From: a virus
IMG/VR virus record: IMGVR_UViG_3300025949_000001
Location: 1 to 64,000 of that record
DNA length: 64,000 bases
Direction: 5' to 3' (one strand)
Shown: positions 9,884 through 20,235 of the stretch, one piece after another
Numbering within the stretch: position 1 is the stretch's first letter
Layout of the letters: every line of letters starts with the position of its first letter
The notes under the pieces: generated by a model
The model's input: only the letters and a program-made list of their open reading frames with translations
What the model was told of the DNA's origin: nothing
Database searches by the model: none
Made by a program: the position numbers and the translations under genes

Positions 9884-10194
9884 CGGCCGCGCATGTCTGG
9901 CATTTCTTCGCGTCGATGCCCGCAGTGGTGCAGGCGTGGGCCGTGTTCGCGCTGGCGCTGCTGGGTCTCGGCGTGCGGTGCGCGTCGCTGTGGGTCGGAC
10001 GGGCGGTGGCGTGGGTGGACGAGCACCGTCTCGTGCCGCGCGCTGCGCGGTTGCTGTGGCGCCGCCGCGAGTGGCGGGTGCGGCTGGCCCGCCGGGGCCC
10101 GCGCTGGTGGGTCGATCGCCGCGCCCGGGTGCTGTTCGCGGACCTGGAGCGTGCGGGTGACGACCTCGAGGAGGCCGATCGTGGACGCCTCTGA
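9880..10194 (+). CDS. Small membrane protein
   Basis: Hydrophobic N-terminus, coupled start. Confidence 0.55.
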   Translation: MTAAHVWHFFASMPAVVQAWAVFALALLGLGVRCASLWVGRAVAWVDEHRLVPRAARLLWRRREWRVRLARRGPRWWVDRRARVLFADLERAGDDLEEADRGRL

Positions 10195-10609
10195 GGCGCT
10201 GTTCGACATGGGCGTAGCCGCGCTGTTCGTCGCGGGCGTAGTGATCGCGTTCGCCGAGGTGCTGGCTCGCCGTGCCGACCGCCGCTACGCCGAGCAGTTG
10301 CGCGGTCGCGAACTGGCGGCTCAGGCGCGCACCGCGGTGATGCGGGCCGATCTCGAGCGGGCGCGGGCGCTGAACGACTGCGCGTTCGAGGCCGCCGAGC
10401 AGCAGCTCGCGCAGTCCGGCCGGCGGCGCCAGATGCCGTCGCGCGAGCAGGTGCGCGCGGGCGTGTCCTCGGTCACGGGCGAGCACGACCGGATCGAGGA
10501 CATCCCGGCGATCGAGCTGCTCACGTTCGCGGCGATCGTGGACGGCCTGCGCGAACGTCCGGCGACTCCCGCCGATCCAGGCCAGGCGGGCGGTCCGCTC
10601 CAGTGGTGA
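10181..10609 (+). CDS. Membrane-anchored hypothetical protein
   Basis: GGAGG RBS, one TM-like segment. Confidence 0.55.
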   Translation: MDASEALFDMGVAALFVAGVVIAFAEVLARRADRRYAEQLRGRELAAQARTAVMRADLERARALNDCAFEAAEQQLAQSGRRRQMPSREQVRAGVSSVTGEHDRIEDIPAIELLTFAAIVDGLRERPATPADPGQAGGPLQW

Positions 10610-10733
10610 CCCTCCCGTCCTGATCAAGCCCCGGCCGCGCGTCCTCCCCCTCGTCGCGCGGCCGGTAGCCGCGAAGCATCCCGCGGCGAACCGGTCCCGT
10701 TCCCGTCCAGCTGGCGGGGCGGGGCCGGGAGGG
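10610..10733 (+). ncRNA. Candidate multi-hairpin structured RNA
   Basis: Three hairpins plus a closing stem in an intergenic gap; C-rich loop. Confidence 0.35.
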
Positions 10734-10769
10734 GGCAACCAATCCGATCCGATCCCCGAGGGGGACCCC

Positions 10770-11732
10770 TTGAGTACCAAGACCAGCATCGAATGGGCCA
10801 AAAACAGCGACGGGACCGAAGGGCGCACCTGGAATCCCGTGGTCGGCTGCGACAAGGTCAGCGAGGGCTGCGGGCTGCCGAGGTTCGAGGGCGACAAGTC
10901 CGGCGGCTGCTACGCCGAGAGCATCGCCCGTCGCTTCGCCGGTTCGAAGGCCTTTCCGAACGGGTTCGCTGTCACGCTGCACCCGGAGCGCCTGAACGAC
11001 CCGCTCAAGTGGCGCAAGCCGACCCGCGTGTTCGCGAACTCCATGTCCGACCTGTTCCACGACGCGGTGCCGGACCAGTTCATCGCGCAGGTATTCGCGG
11101 TGATGGCCGCGACTCCGCAGCACGAGTACATGATCCTCACGAAGCGGCACGCGCGGATGCGTTCGCTGCTGCGGTCGGATGCTTTCGGCGAAATGGTGTG
11201 GCGCGCCTTTACCGACATCGACCACCCGGGCAAGGACTGGGAGGTCAACGAGAAACTGATCGGTGATCGCGCAACGCCGCGGCCGATGCCGCCACTCCCC
11301 CACGTGATGCTCGGCGTGAGCGCGGAGGATCAGCACTGGGCGCAGGTCCGCATCCCGGCACTCTTGGAGACCCCTGCGGCGACGCGATTCGTCAGCCTGG
11401 AGCCGCTGTTGGGGCCGATCGATCTGCGCAACCTGCATGCGCGGGGCGTGGTCATGGACGCGCTCGGCGGCGGCGTGAAGACCCTGCAGGGTGAGATCTA
11501 CACCTCAACGCCTTCGGTGCTCGATCTGGTGATCGTGGGCGCGGAGTCGGGTTCGGGTGCGCGAGACATGGATCTGGATTGGGTCCGCGCGCTGCGCGAT
11601 CAGGTCACGCGGGCCAGCGAGGTGGCGTTCTTCTTCAAGCAGGCAGCTGTGCATGGCAAGAAGATCCCGACGCCGGAGCTCGACGGGCGCGTGTGGGTGC
11701 AGATGCCGCAGGTACGCGGGGTGGTCCGGTAA
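10770..11732 (+). CDS. Phage Gp37/Gp68 (DUF5131) radical-SAM-like protein
   Basis: TSIEW, WNPVVGC..VSEGC...CYAE, FANSMSDLFH, ILTKR, SLEPLLG, GAESG, FFFKQ. Confidence 0.92.
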   Translation: MSTKTSIEWAKNSDGTEGRTWNPVVGCDKVSEGCGLPRFEGDKSGGCYAESIARRFAGSKAFPNGFAVTLHPERLNDPLKWRKPTRVFANSMSDLFHDAVPDQFIAQVFAVMAATPQHEYMILTKRHARMRSLLRSDAFGEMVWRAFTDIDHPGKDWEVNEKLIGDRATPRPMPPLPHVMLGVSAEDQHWAQVRIPALLETPAATRFVSLEPLLGPIDLRNLHARGVVMDALGGGVKTLQGEIYTSTPSVLDLVIVGAESGSGARDMDLDWVRALRDQVTRASEVAFFFKQAAVHGKKIPTPELDGRVWVQMPQVRGVVR

Positions 11733-12259
11733 TGGGCAGTCGCCTTGGCGTCCTGAAGGGCGCCGCACAGAAGACCGGGCTTTCGCTCGATGACTACCAG
11801 GCCAAGGTCGATGCCGGCGAGAAGTGGTGCACCGGCTGCAAGGACTGGCATCCGAAGTCCGAGTTCAGTGTCGACGCGAGCCGATGGGATGGCCGCAAGT
11901 CCGTCTGTGTTGAGCGTAGTAACGCGCGCCATCGGCAGGCCTATCGGCCGAGGCCGCGACCGGAGCCGGGGCGTCGCTTCCAGGCGCCTCGGGATGATGA
12001 CCGCAGGCAGGCTCGCGGGCGCGTTAACCATCTGGTGAAGGTGGGCCTGCTGCCCAACCCGAACGATGTGCCGTGCACAGACTGCGGGCATCTTGAGCCG
12101 GGCCGGAGGCCGCGCCACGAGTATGACCACTACCTCGGCTATGCGTCCGACCACCAGGAGGACGTCGAGGCGGTTTGCAGCCCGTGCCATCACCGCCGCG
12201 AGTGGTCGCGGAAGAAGTCGCGTGGCGACAACTCGGCAGCCAAGGCGGTGCCGGCGTGA
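11732..12259 (+). CDS. HNH endonuclease-like protein
   Basis: KWCTGC, CTDCG, YDHYLGY...VCSPCHH. Confidence 0.7.
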   Translation: MGSRLGVLKGAAQKTGLSLDDYQAKVDAGEKWCTGCKDWHPKSEFSVDASRWDGRKSVCVERSNARHRQAYRPRPRPEPGRRFQAPRDDDRRQARGRVNHLVKVGLLPNPNDVPCTDCGHLEPGRRPRHEYDHYLGYASDHQEDVEAVCSPCHHRREWSRKKSRGDNSAAKAVPA

Positions 12260-12630
12260 TGACCAATCCGACCGTCGACGCCGTCCTGGCCGCGCTCACC
12301 CTATGCACGCAGCTCGCCGACGCGCGCACTGACGCCCCGATCACGATCGCCACGCTCACCAAGACCCACCGCGCCCCGCGCATCCCCGCGGCAGCCGGGC
12401 AGGGCGCGGTGACGTTGACGGTGCTTTCCGACGCCGTGTACGTCACGGTCGCGCGCCGGGGCGACACGCGCACGCTGTGGGCGGTCGCGGTGCCGTTCCC
12501 GCACGCGGCGGGCAGCCTATCGGTGCCGGACGCCAAGCGGATCGACTCGCGCGCGTACCGGGCGACGCTGGGCGCTGACCTGGAGGCCGCGCTGCTGGTC
12601 GCCCGCGAGCAGACCGGAGCGGCAGCGTGA
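12256..12630 (+). CDS. Hypothetical protein
   Basis: Coupled at both ends. Confidence 0.6.
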   Translation: MMTNPTVDAVLAALTLCTQLADARTDAPITIATLTKTHRAPRIPAAAGQGAVTLTVLSDAVYVTVARRGDTRTLWAVAVPFPHAAGSLSVPDAKRIDSRAYRATLGADLEAALLVAREQTGAAA

Positions 12631-13454
12631 AGCCCCCAGTGCCGTACTTCGGCAGCAAGCAAACCCTCGCGCCGTGGATCGTCAGCATGCTGCCACCGCA
12701 CGAACACTACGTTGAACCCTTCGCCGGTTCCCTCGCGGTACTGCTGGCCAAACCGCCCTCGCGCATGGAGACCGTCAACGACCTCGACCACAGCCTGGTG
12801 ACTTTCTGGCGCGTACTACGGAACCGACCGGAGGAACTGGCGCGCGCCTGCGCCCTGACGCCGCACTCGCGCGCCGAATACGAGAACGCCCTCATCCGCC
12901 TGGACGCCGAAACGGACGACCTCGAACGCGCCCGCCTCGTATGGGTACTACTGCACCAGGGGCGCGCACGTCGCCTCGACGGGTACGACGGCTGGAAACA
13001 CGCCGCCGCCCAGCGCCGCGTCCCCGCCGTCATCGGCAACGCCCTGGACCGGATAGCGCCGGCTGCGGCGCGCCTGCACGCAGTCACGCTCGAGTGTGCG
13101 CCAGCGCTCGACGTGATCTCCGAGTACGGCGCTCGCCCCGAGGTACTGCTCTACCTCGACCCGCCGTACCTCGAGGACACGCGCCACCCTGCTGCGCGCT
13201 ACGGCCACGAGATGCGGGATCCCGAGGGGCATCGCGAGTTGGCGCGGGCGCTGCACGGGTGCGCGGCGGCGGTCGTGCTGTCCGGCTACCCGTCGCCGCT
13301 CTATGACGGGCTGTACGGGGGCTGGGACCGTGTGCAGTGCCCTGCGGCGACCGGTAACGGGCGCCCGGGCGCCCGTGCCCGCACCGAGGTGCTGTGGTCG
13401 AACCGCCCGCTCGGCGCGCAGGGCGTCTTGAACTTCGAGGCGGGTGCCGCGTGA
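12627..13454 (+). CDS. dam: DNA adenine methyltransferase (Dam/D12 class)
   Basis: PYFGSK, YVEPFAGS, YLDPPY. Confidence 0.93.
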   Translation: MKPPVPYFGSKQTLAPWIVSMLPPHEHYVEPFAGSLAVLLAKPPSRMETVNDLDHSLVTFWRVLRNRPEELARACALTPHSRAEYENALIRLDAETDDLERARLVWVLLHQGRARRLDGYDGWKHAAAQRRVPAVIGNALDRIAPAAARLHAVTLECAPALDVISEYGARPEVLLYLDPPYLEDTRHPAARYGHEMRDPEGHRELARALHGCAAAVVLSGYPSPLYDGLYGGWDRVQCPAATGNGRPGARARTEVLWSNRPLGAQGVLNFEAGAA

Positions 13455-14002
13455 ACCGCCCTCGGTACACCGACGCCCTGGGTGAGCGCCTGCTCGCCAC
13501 GGTGCGCGACGCGTACGCCGACGCCGACCCGGCGCCCCCGAGCCTCGCCGAGCGGTCCGGCTCCGCGCTCGACCTGCGCGCGCTGACTATTCGCCAGCCC
13601 TGGCTCGACGCGATCATCACCGACGACACCGACCCGAAGCGCACCGAGAACCGGACGACCCGCACGCATCGGCGCGGACTGGTCTTGCTGCACGCGGGCA
13701 AGAGTTACGACCGGCACGCCGCAGACCAGCCGGTTCTGCGCCGCTGGATGATGCGCACGGGCGCATTCCGGTTCGAGTCTCAACTCGGCTCGATCCTCGG
13801 ACTCGCGCAGATCACCGACTGCCATGAGGCGGCCGGCTGCTGCGCGCCGTGGGGCGAACCGGGGCCGGGCGTCTTCCATTACACGCTCGACCGTGTGCGC
13901 CGCCTGCCGGAGCCGGTGCCGTGCAAGGGCGCGCTGGGGTTCTGGCGTCCGCCGCAGGACGTGCTCGACGCCGCGGCCGGGCAATTGGCAGGTGCGTCGT
14001 GA
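13451..14002 (+). CDS. ASCH-domain protein
   Basis: ALTIRQPW..I, KRTENR, LLHAG, PVPCKGALGFW. Confidence 0.85.
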   Translation: MNRPRYTDALGERLLATVRDAYADADPAPPSLAERSGSALDLRALTIRQPWLDAIITDDTDPKRTENRTTRTHRRGLVLLHAGKSYDRHAADQPVLRRWMMRTGAFRFESQLGSILGLAQITDCHEAAGCCAPWGEPGPGVFHYTLDRVRRLPEPVPCKGALGFWRPPQDVLDAAAGQLAGAS

Positions 14003-14208
14003 AGACCCTCACCGCTCCCGAGTCGACCAGCCAACTGCTTGGCGACACCGGCACCGTGCACGTCGTGCACTGCGACGAGAACACCGCGCTGTGCGGCCTG
14101 GACGTGACGCACGTGCCGTGGGTGTCGGACGACGAGGAGACCACCTGCGTGGTGTGCGAGGACCTCGACGAGCAGGGCTACTGCCCAGTCTGCGGGGGCG
14201 AGTGGTGA
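13999..14208 (+). CDS. Small Cys-rich protein
   Basis: CVVC, CPVC; coupled. Confidence 0.6.
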   Translation: MKTLTAPESTSQLLGDTGTVHVVHCDENTALCGLDVTHVPWVSDDEETTCVVCEDLDEQGYCPVCGGEW

Positions 14209-14657
14209 CCGAGATCGCCGCCCCGCCCGAGTCCCCCGCCGCGGCCCGAGCCTCAACCGCGGCGGGCCAGACCCCTCCCCCCGCGCTCGGACCGCACCCT
14301 GCGCGGGGGGAGGGAGCCACCCGTCGGCAACCCGTCTCGCGCATGACCGAGGCGGCGTGGACCGCGAAGATCCGCGAGACCGCCGCGTACTACGGGTGGA
14401 TCACGTACCACACGCACAACTCGAAGTTCTCCGAGCGCGGCTGGCCCGACTTCGTCCTCGGTCATCCTCGGCGTCGGCGCACGATCTTCGCCGAGCTCAA
14501 GACCGAGACCGGGCGCCTTAGCGACCCGCAGCGCGCCTGGCTCACCCACCTGACGGCGTGCGGGTTCGAGACCGCGCTGTGGCGGCCGAGCGACATGGGC
14601 ACGGTCGTCGCGGTGCTCGGCCCGCAGCAGCGCGCTACCCGGTGGGAGCCGCGATGA
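14205..14657 (+). CDS. VRR-NUC nuclease (Holliday-junction resolvase-like)
   Basis: GWPDFVL...FAELK..GRLS..Q..W. Confidence 0.85.
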   Translation: MTEIAAPPESPAAARASTAAGQTPPPALGPHPARGEGATRRQPVSRMTEAAWTAKIRETAAYYGWITYHTHNSKFSERGWPDFVLGHPRRRRTIFAELKTETGRLSDPQRAWLTHLTACGFETALWRPSDMGTVVAVLGPQQRATRWEPR

Positions 14658-14748
14658 GCGTGCCCGAGTAGTACTCAACGAATGTGCTGGCTTATAGCCG
14701 CCGAGCAGCGACATTCCCCGTTTCTAACCCCAGAGGACACGTGCATTG

Positions 14749-15126
14749 ATGAGCACCACAGCAGACCACTACCTCGCGCGTGACTGGCCGCCGGACACCC
14801 CCACCGTGCACCCGACGACCGCGGAGTACGCGCTCGGCGAGCACGCCTGCAACCTCGCGCGGGAGCGTGACGCGGCACTGGAGACCGCGGCCCGCGAGCA
14901 CGCCGAGAACCAGCGACTGGCCGAGGCGAACCGGCAGCTTCGCGAACGGGTGGCGTTGCAGGGCCAGACGATCGCGGCGCTGCGTCGGCAACTCGCGGTG
15001 GCTTCCACGGGCCGTGTCATGAAGCGCATCGACGCGGCACTGTCGGGCCCGTGCGCGTGTCTGGGTGACGGCGCGGGCGGCGAGCCTCGGCGCGGCCGGT
15101 GGATCCCGTGGGTGCGTGCGCGGTGA
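14749..15126 (+). CDS. Coiled-coil hypothetical protein
   Basis: Heptad-like E/R/L/A stretch. Confidence 0.6.
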   Translation: MSTTADHYLARDWPPDTPTVHPTTAEYALGEHACNLARERDAALETAAREHAENQRLAEANRQLRERVALQGQTIAALRRQLAVASTGRVMKRIDAALSGPCACLGDGAGGEPRRGRWIPWVRAR

Positions 15127-15471
15127 TCGCGTTGCGCCTCGGCCGGCTGCTGGTGCTGGGCGCGTGCCCGGCGCTGGTGGCCGGCTGCGCGTTCGCGGCG
15201 AAAGCCCACCTGCCCGCGCTGGTGCTCGGCTGCGCGTGCGGGTCGGTGCTGGCGCTGTTCCTGGGCCTCGGCCTGTGTGTCGCTGGCGGCGGGTCGATGG
15301 GTGAGCGGGCCGCGGAACCGTACGAGCAGTTGTTGCCGAGCCTCGTGGACCTGCCGTGCGGCGGCTGCGGGCAGTGCGAGGACTGCGATCTCCGCCTGGC
15401 GGACGTGTGAATACCGCCCCGATCAAGCCGCTCCCCAGCCAAACCGAACTCGACTTCAACCAGGAGACATC

Positions 15472-16107
15472 GTGAACGAGATTCAGAACACTAGCCAATT
15501 CGTCAAGGACGGCGGCGCCTACCTGATCCTCGCCGAAGCCATGGGCGGCAAAAGCAGCGACCGGATCATCGGCGACATGGAAGCCGACGGGCAGCGGCAA
15601 CTCGTCGCCTCCCAACTGCTGCCCACCGACACGCACCGCACCGACGCCGAGTTCGAGGCCCTGGGTTTCGTGTTCGGCGATCTCGCGGACGGCGACCCGA
15701 TGTTCCGGCACACCACCCTGCCCGAGGGCTGGTCCAAGCGCGCCAGCGACCACGACATGTGGTTGTACGTCGTGGACGGGCTCGGGCGCGACCGGGTGTC
15801 GGTGTTCTACAAGGCCGCGTTCTACGACCGGCACGCGCACATGTCGCTGAACACCGTGTACGGCTATCTGCGCTCCTGTGTGTACGACGGCACGCCGATC
15901 GTCGCGGACGGATCGTGGGCGACTCCGGCGGCGCTGCGGAAGGCGGCGTTGGAGTCGATCGAGTCGTCCCGCGAGACGGTCGCACTGTACGAAGCCCGCG
16001 CGCAGGGCAACGACGAGTACGCGGTCAAGCGGCTGACGGAGGCGCGGTTGGAGATCGCACGGTACTCGGCCATCGCGGAGCAGTACGCGGAGCAGGCCGG
16101 TGCCTGA
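15472..16107 (+). CDS. Hypothetical phage protein
   Basis: AGGAG RBS; LPEGW...H.MW...VFYKAAFYDR. Confidence 0.7.
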   Translation: MNEIQNTSQFVKDGGAYLILAEAMGGKSSDRIIGDMEADGQRQLVASQLLPTDTHRTDAEFEALGFVFGDLADGDPMFRHTTLPEGWSKRASDHDMWLYVVDGLGRDRVSVFYKAAFYDRHAHMSLNTVYGYLRSCVYDGTPIVADGSWATPAALRKAALESIESSRETVALYEARAQGNDEYAVKRLTEARLEIARYSAIAEQYAEQAGA

Positions 16108-16357
16108 CTCCCCCGCTGCCGCCTCCTCGATGCGCCGCGCCGCGGAGTATCTGCGCCGGGACGCCGACCTGTCCGAGAGCCTGGGCCGCTCCGTGATGCT
16201 CAACCCAGCCGAGGTGCGGGCGCTGGCGGACTGGCTGGAGTTCGAGGCCCAGTGTCTCGACGCGAGCGCCGACGATCCCGGCGCGGACGAGTCGCACGGC
16301 ATGTACGCGCTGGACCTCACCCGCGCCTACCTGCACGAGGCGGGTGAACGGTCGTGA
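16100..16357 (+). CDS. Hypothetical protein
   Basis: Overlapping junctions. Confidence 0.55.
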   Translation: MPDSPAAASSMRRAAEYLRRDADLSESLGRSVMLNPAEVRALADWLEFEAQCLDASADDPGADESHGMYALDLTRAYLHEAGERS

Positions 16358-16917
16358 GCGTCCCGTCGATCCCGCAGCGCTGCGAGTCCAGACCCCTGCT
16401 CGGCGGCCTGGTCGTGCCGTACATCTCGCTGGTCGCCGAGGGCCGCACGCATCTCGGGGGCACGCACGGCAAGCGCGTCGCCGAGTGTGTCGCCCACTAC
16501 CTGTGCCAGGTCTGCGGGCAGCGCCTGGGCGACCCGCCGTACCTGTTCCTCGCCACCCAGACGATGATCGACGAGGGGTTCTCGGGCGAGCCCGCGCTGC
16601 ACCCGGAGTGCGCCGCCTACTCGGCCAAGGCGTGCCCGATGGTCGCCGGGCGGATGGCGACCTACTCGAAGCACCCGCATGACGTGACGGGGACGGCGTG
16701 CAACGAGCCGGGCTGTGGCTGCGGCGGCTGGGTCAGCGATGAGAGCGCGAACGCGGGCAGGCCTGCGCCGTCGTGGTTCCGGGTGTGGGTGCGCACGTAC
16801 GCGATCGGCGTGAAAGAGCCGGGGCCGGTGACGGTCGGCAACGTGTCGGGCTGCGTGTTCAAGGGCCAGATCGTCAAGGTGCGGCCGGTCGCGCGAGCCG
16901 AGGTGAACGCCTCGTGA
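16354..16917 (+). CDS. Cys-rich hypothetical protein
   Basis: LCQVCG, EPALHPECAAYSAKACP. Confidence 0.7.
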   Translation: MSVPSIPQRCESRPLLGGLVVPYISLVAEGRTHLGGTHGKRVAECVAHYLCQVCGQRLGDPPYLFLATQTMIDEGFSGEPALHPECAAYSAKACPMVAGRMATYSKHPHDVTGTACNEPGCGCGGWVSDESANAGRPAPSWFRVWVRTYAIGVKEPGPVTVGNVSGCVFKGQIVKVRPVARAEVNAS

Positions 16918-17243
16918 CCACCGAGACCGTGTGCCTCAAGGGCCGCAAGAACGAGTTCGGCCCGCGCCTAGAGTGGGCGCCCGACGTGATCTACGTCGGC
17001 AGGTCGATGTACCAGGGCGGCTGGCGGCTGGCCGCCTCGCCGTTCGCGAACCCGTACAAGGTCCAGCAGGTCGGCGGCGCGGCCGAGGCGGTGCGGCTGT
17101 ACCGGGAGTGGCTGCGCTCGCGGCCTGACCTGGTGGCGCTGGCCCGCGAGCGGCTGCGCGGAAAACGACTCGGCTGCTGGTGCGCGCGCGGGCCATGCCA
17201 CGCCGCCGTCCTCGCCGATATCTCGGAAGGGGCCGCGCCGTGA
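16914..17243 (+). CDS. DUF4326-domain protein
   Basis: IYVGR, SPFANPY, LGCWC..PCHA.VL. Confidence 0.85.
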   Translation: MTTETVCLKGRKNEFGPRLEWAPDVIYVGRSMYQGGWRLAASPFANPYKVQQVGGAAEAVRLYREWLRSRPDLVALARERLRGKRLGCWCARGPCHAAVLADISEGAAP

Positions 17244-18484
17244 ACCTTCCCGAGCTGGTCGAACGTGCCGGCCGCGCGAACCGTCAGCCGCGCGTCTTCG
17301 AGCGCTTCCAGGTGTTCTACGTCGGCGCACTGGCGTTCGCGGTGTTCGACCTCGCGGTGTGGGGCGACGGCTTGGCGTGGGGGCTGCTCGGGATCGCGCT
17401 GGCCGGCCTGGGGCTGTCGGTGCGCGGCGAGATCTGCGCGCGCCGGACGCGGGACGGCGGTGGGGCGCTGTGACCGAGCCGCGCCAGTCCATCCAGCCCA
17501 CCTACGACAGCCGCGAGACCGGCCCGCGCTACTACCTGAGCACGTTCGTGCACGGACGCTCCCTCGACTGGCGCAAGCCGATCGACGACCCCTTCGTCAG
17601 CACCGAGATCACGATCGGCTGGCCCGACCTGCTGCGCGCCCTCCTGCGCCGCCGCCTTCTCGTGCGCTTCCAGGTCGACGCCGACAGGGAGCTGGTCGAG
17701 GACGTGCTCGAACTCGACGGCAACTACCTCGGCCTCCCGAATTGCACCCGCCGCAGCGAATTCAACGGTCAGATCCACGCGGCGCTCAGCGACATGGACG
17801 GTGAGCAGCAGTGAACGATTGGCAGGAGGGTCTAGACCAGGCCGACCGCGACAAGGTGGTCGCATGCGCTGATCTCGTGGGGCGCGCCGGGGCCCGGCAG
17901 TTCGAGATCGGCTTCGTCCACGAGGACGTTCCGGTCGCCGAGGCCGGCTGGTACGCGCATGCCCAGTACCGGGGAGCTCGGATCACCGCCGAGAACCACG
18001 ACGGACCGGCGCAGGCAGCGATGGCGCTCGCGGTGAAGATCCTGACCGGCGCGAAATGCCGGTGCGGCCGACTGGCCGCGCTGCGTCCGGACGGCGCAGT
18101 GGCGTTCCGCAAGACGCACATGGCGGACGGGACCGAGTGGTCGGCGGCCGAGGCGGCGAAGGCAGGGCAGTGCCGGTGGCGGCTGATCGGCGACAAGTGG
18201 GAGCCGTCGTGTCCGGTGCCAGCGAACCGGAAGGTCGGACCGCTGTGACCGCCCGATGCGATCTCACCGACCTGGCCGTGGATCAATGCGCCTGCTGGCT
18301 GCACTCCCCTACTCCGCAGCCGACCGTCGGCGTCGTGCGCGAGCTGCTGCGTCCGGACTGGTTCGAGGCCCGGTACCGGGGTCAGTGCGCGGGCTGCGGT
18401 GAGCCGTTTGCGGTCGGGGCGCGGATCACGCGGGACGAGGAGACCGGCGGATGGGTCGCGGAGTGCTGCGGCGACGAGCGATGA
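17240..18484 (+). other. Four coupled small hypothetical genes (17240-17473 membrane, 17470-17814, 17811-18248, 18245-18484 Zn-finger)
   Basis: GTGA overlaps at every junction. Confidence 0.65.
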
Positions 18485-18531
18485 CCGATGCCACACCCAC
18501 CCACCCCACCCATCAGCCCGGAAGGGGCATC

Positions 18532-19101
18532 GTGACCGAGATCCAGCCGTTCGTCTTCCCGCCCACCGGCCAGCAGGTGCGCTCGCTAATGGTCGACGGA
18601 GAGCCGTGGTTCGTCGCCAACGACGCGTGCACGGCGGTCGGCATCACCAAGCCGCGAGACGCCGTCGCGCAGCTCGACGACGACGAAAGGGCGTCCACGG
18701 TCGTGGACACCCCTGGCGGCCCGCAGGTCATGACGGTGGTCAGCGAGGCCGGCGTCTACGCCCTGATGATGATCAGCCGGTCGCCGGCCGTGAAGCCGTT
18801 CCGGCGGTGGCTGGCGCACGAGGTGCTGCCCTCGATCCGCAGAACGGGCGGCTACAGCGTCGCGGGAGGCGACGCCTCGGTGCCCGTGCAGATTCAGGTG
18901 GCGGTCAACAGGCTCGCGGAGTTGGCGCACGACGAGCATGTGGTGCCGGCCGCTGCGCGGATTCTGGCGTTCAAGCGGTGGCGTAAGCCGCGCAAGGGGA
19001 TCGAGGTTTACGTCCAACTCGCGATTGACGTCGGATCGCTCGGCCTGGACGGCGCCGCGGCAGGGGCCAGGGCACTGCCCGCGAAGGACCGGGCGCGGTG
19101 A
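18532..19101 (+). CDS. BRO-N antirepressor-like protein
   Basis: VDGEPWFVANDAC, TPGGPQ, VSEAGVY, FRRWLAHEVLPSIRRTGGY. Confidence 0.9.
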   Translation: MTEIQPFVFPPTGQQVRSLMVDGEPWFVANDACTAVGITKPRDAVAQLDDDERASTVVDTPGGPQVMTVVSEAGVYALMMISRSPAVKPFRRWLAHEVLPSIRRTGGYSVAGGDASVPVQIQVAVNRLAELAHDEHVVPAAARILAFKRWRKPRKGIEVYVQLAIDVGSLGLDGAAAGARALPAKDRAR

Positions 19102-19346
19102 CCCTCGACAGCATCGCCCGGTGGATCGTGCGCTCGCAGCCGTACCTGCCCGGTCTGGGCTGGTTCGTCGCGACGTTCTACGGCTTGTTCGCGGCGCTGT
19201 GCCTGCTGGTCGGCTGGTGGCCTGGGGTGGCGATGTTCGCCGGCGGGGGTGCGGTCAGCTGGTGGTGCGTGTGGCTGATGCGGCGCGGGGCTCGGGAGTT
19301 GGAGCAGCTGCAGCGGGTCATCGACGGGCGCAGGTGCGACCGGTGA
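19098..19346 (+). CDS. Small membrane protein
   Basis: Two hydrophobic segments. Confidence 0.6.
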   Translation: MTLDSIARWIVRSQPYLPGLGWFVATFYGLFAALCLLVGWWPGVAMFAGGGAVSWWCVWLMRRGARELEQLQRVIDGRRCDR

Positions 19347-19387
19347 CGCCCCGGTGTGTGCGCTGCGGCGCGGCGGTGCTGGAGGCG

Positions 19388-19642
19388 TCAGGCGATGCGA
19401 CGCCAGTCCACCTCGGTGCCGCGCGGGATGTCGAGTTCGTCGAGATCGGCCTCGGTGAGCACGCGCAGGCTGTCGAGGTCCAGCGGGTTGACCGCGATGC
19501 CGTCGGCGGTGAAGGCGTAGGGCTCGGGTTCGCCGTTGCGCGGGTCGCCGGTCAGGCCGGGGACGAACGCGACCGCCGGGACTCCGCGCATCGTGAGCGC
19601 GAAGCCGTGGAAACGCAGGTGCAGGAAAAGCGGCTCGGGCAC
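19388..19642 (-). CDS. Hypothetical protein
   Basis: Follows the HTH gene on the minus strand. Confidence 0.5.
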   Translation of the reverse strand: MPEPLFLHLRFHGFALTMRGVPAVAFVPGLTGDPRNGEPEPYAFTADGIAVNPLDLDSLRVLTEADLDELDIPRGTEVDWRRIA

Positions 19643-19645
19643 AGG

Positions 19646-19966
19646 TCAGCCCGCCGCAGGGTCGCCGAAATCGTCCGCGTCAAGGCCAGCGGCGGCCAGC
19701 TTCTCGCGAACCTTGCGGATGCTCGTAGTAGTCGGTTCGCGCAACGGCTCGACACCGTTCTCTCGGGCCATCTGACGGATGGTCTCGGCCGACTTCTCGG
19801 TCCTACGCACGATCACAGCGGGACGAACGCCAGCCCGAATGGCTACCGCGACGGCTTCGGCGAACTCGGCGCGCTTACGCTTCTCGGCCTGCTCGGCCTT
19901 GCGCCATGCGGCGAGCGCCGCCATAACCGGAGCCATTCGCGGGTCGTCGGGGTCGATGCGCGCCAT
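19646..19966 (-). CDS. Small HTH-like regulator, leaderless
   Basis: AIRAGVRPAVIVRRTEKSAETIRQMAR; CACGAT 6 nt before ATG. Confidence 0.6.
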   Translation of the reverse strand: MARIDPDDPRMAPVMAALAAWRKAEQAEKRKRAEFAEAVAVAIRAGVRPAVIVRRTEKSAETIRQMARENGVEPLREPTTTSIRKVREKLAAAGLDADDFGDPAAG

Positions 19967-20235
19967 GCCGTCATCGTGCCACATGCCATTTGCGATGTGC
20001 AGGCCACCTACCTGCGAAGTCTTGTCGCTGGCGCATTGGTCAGCGAATCTGTCACGGTCCATGAGGTCTACTGTACAGACCAAACGACTTGTGGCAAAGT
20101 GGCTACCGGAAGGCTCGCAACAAAGCGGCCTCCGGAGGCGTCGGAAGCGCCAACCGGAGGCCTGAACCCGCACCTGCGCATACAGGAGACGGATCTGATG
20201 GCCCAGTCTACGGGCGCCCGCTTCGGGGGTCTCGC

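Noticed and set aside
8894-10897. 667-aa minus-strand ORF and many similar Arg/Pro-rich long ORFs
   Set aside because: Shadow or off-frame ORFs overlapping motif-supported genes
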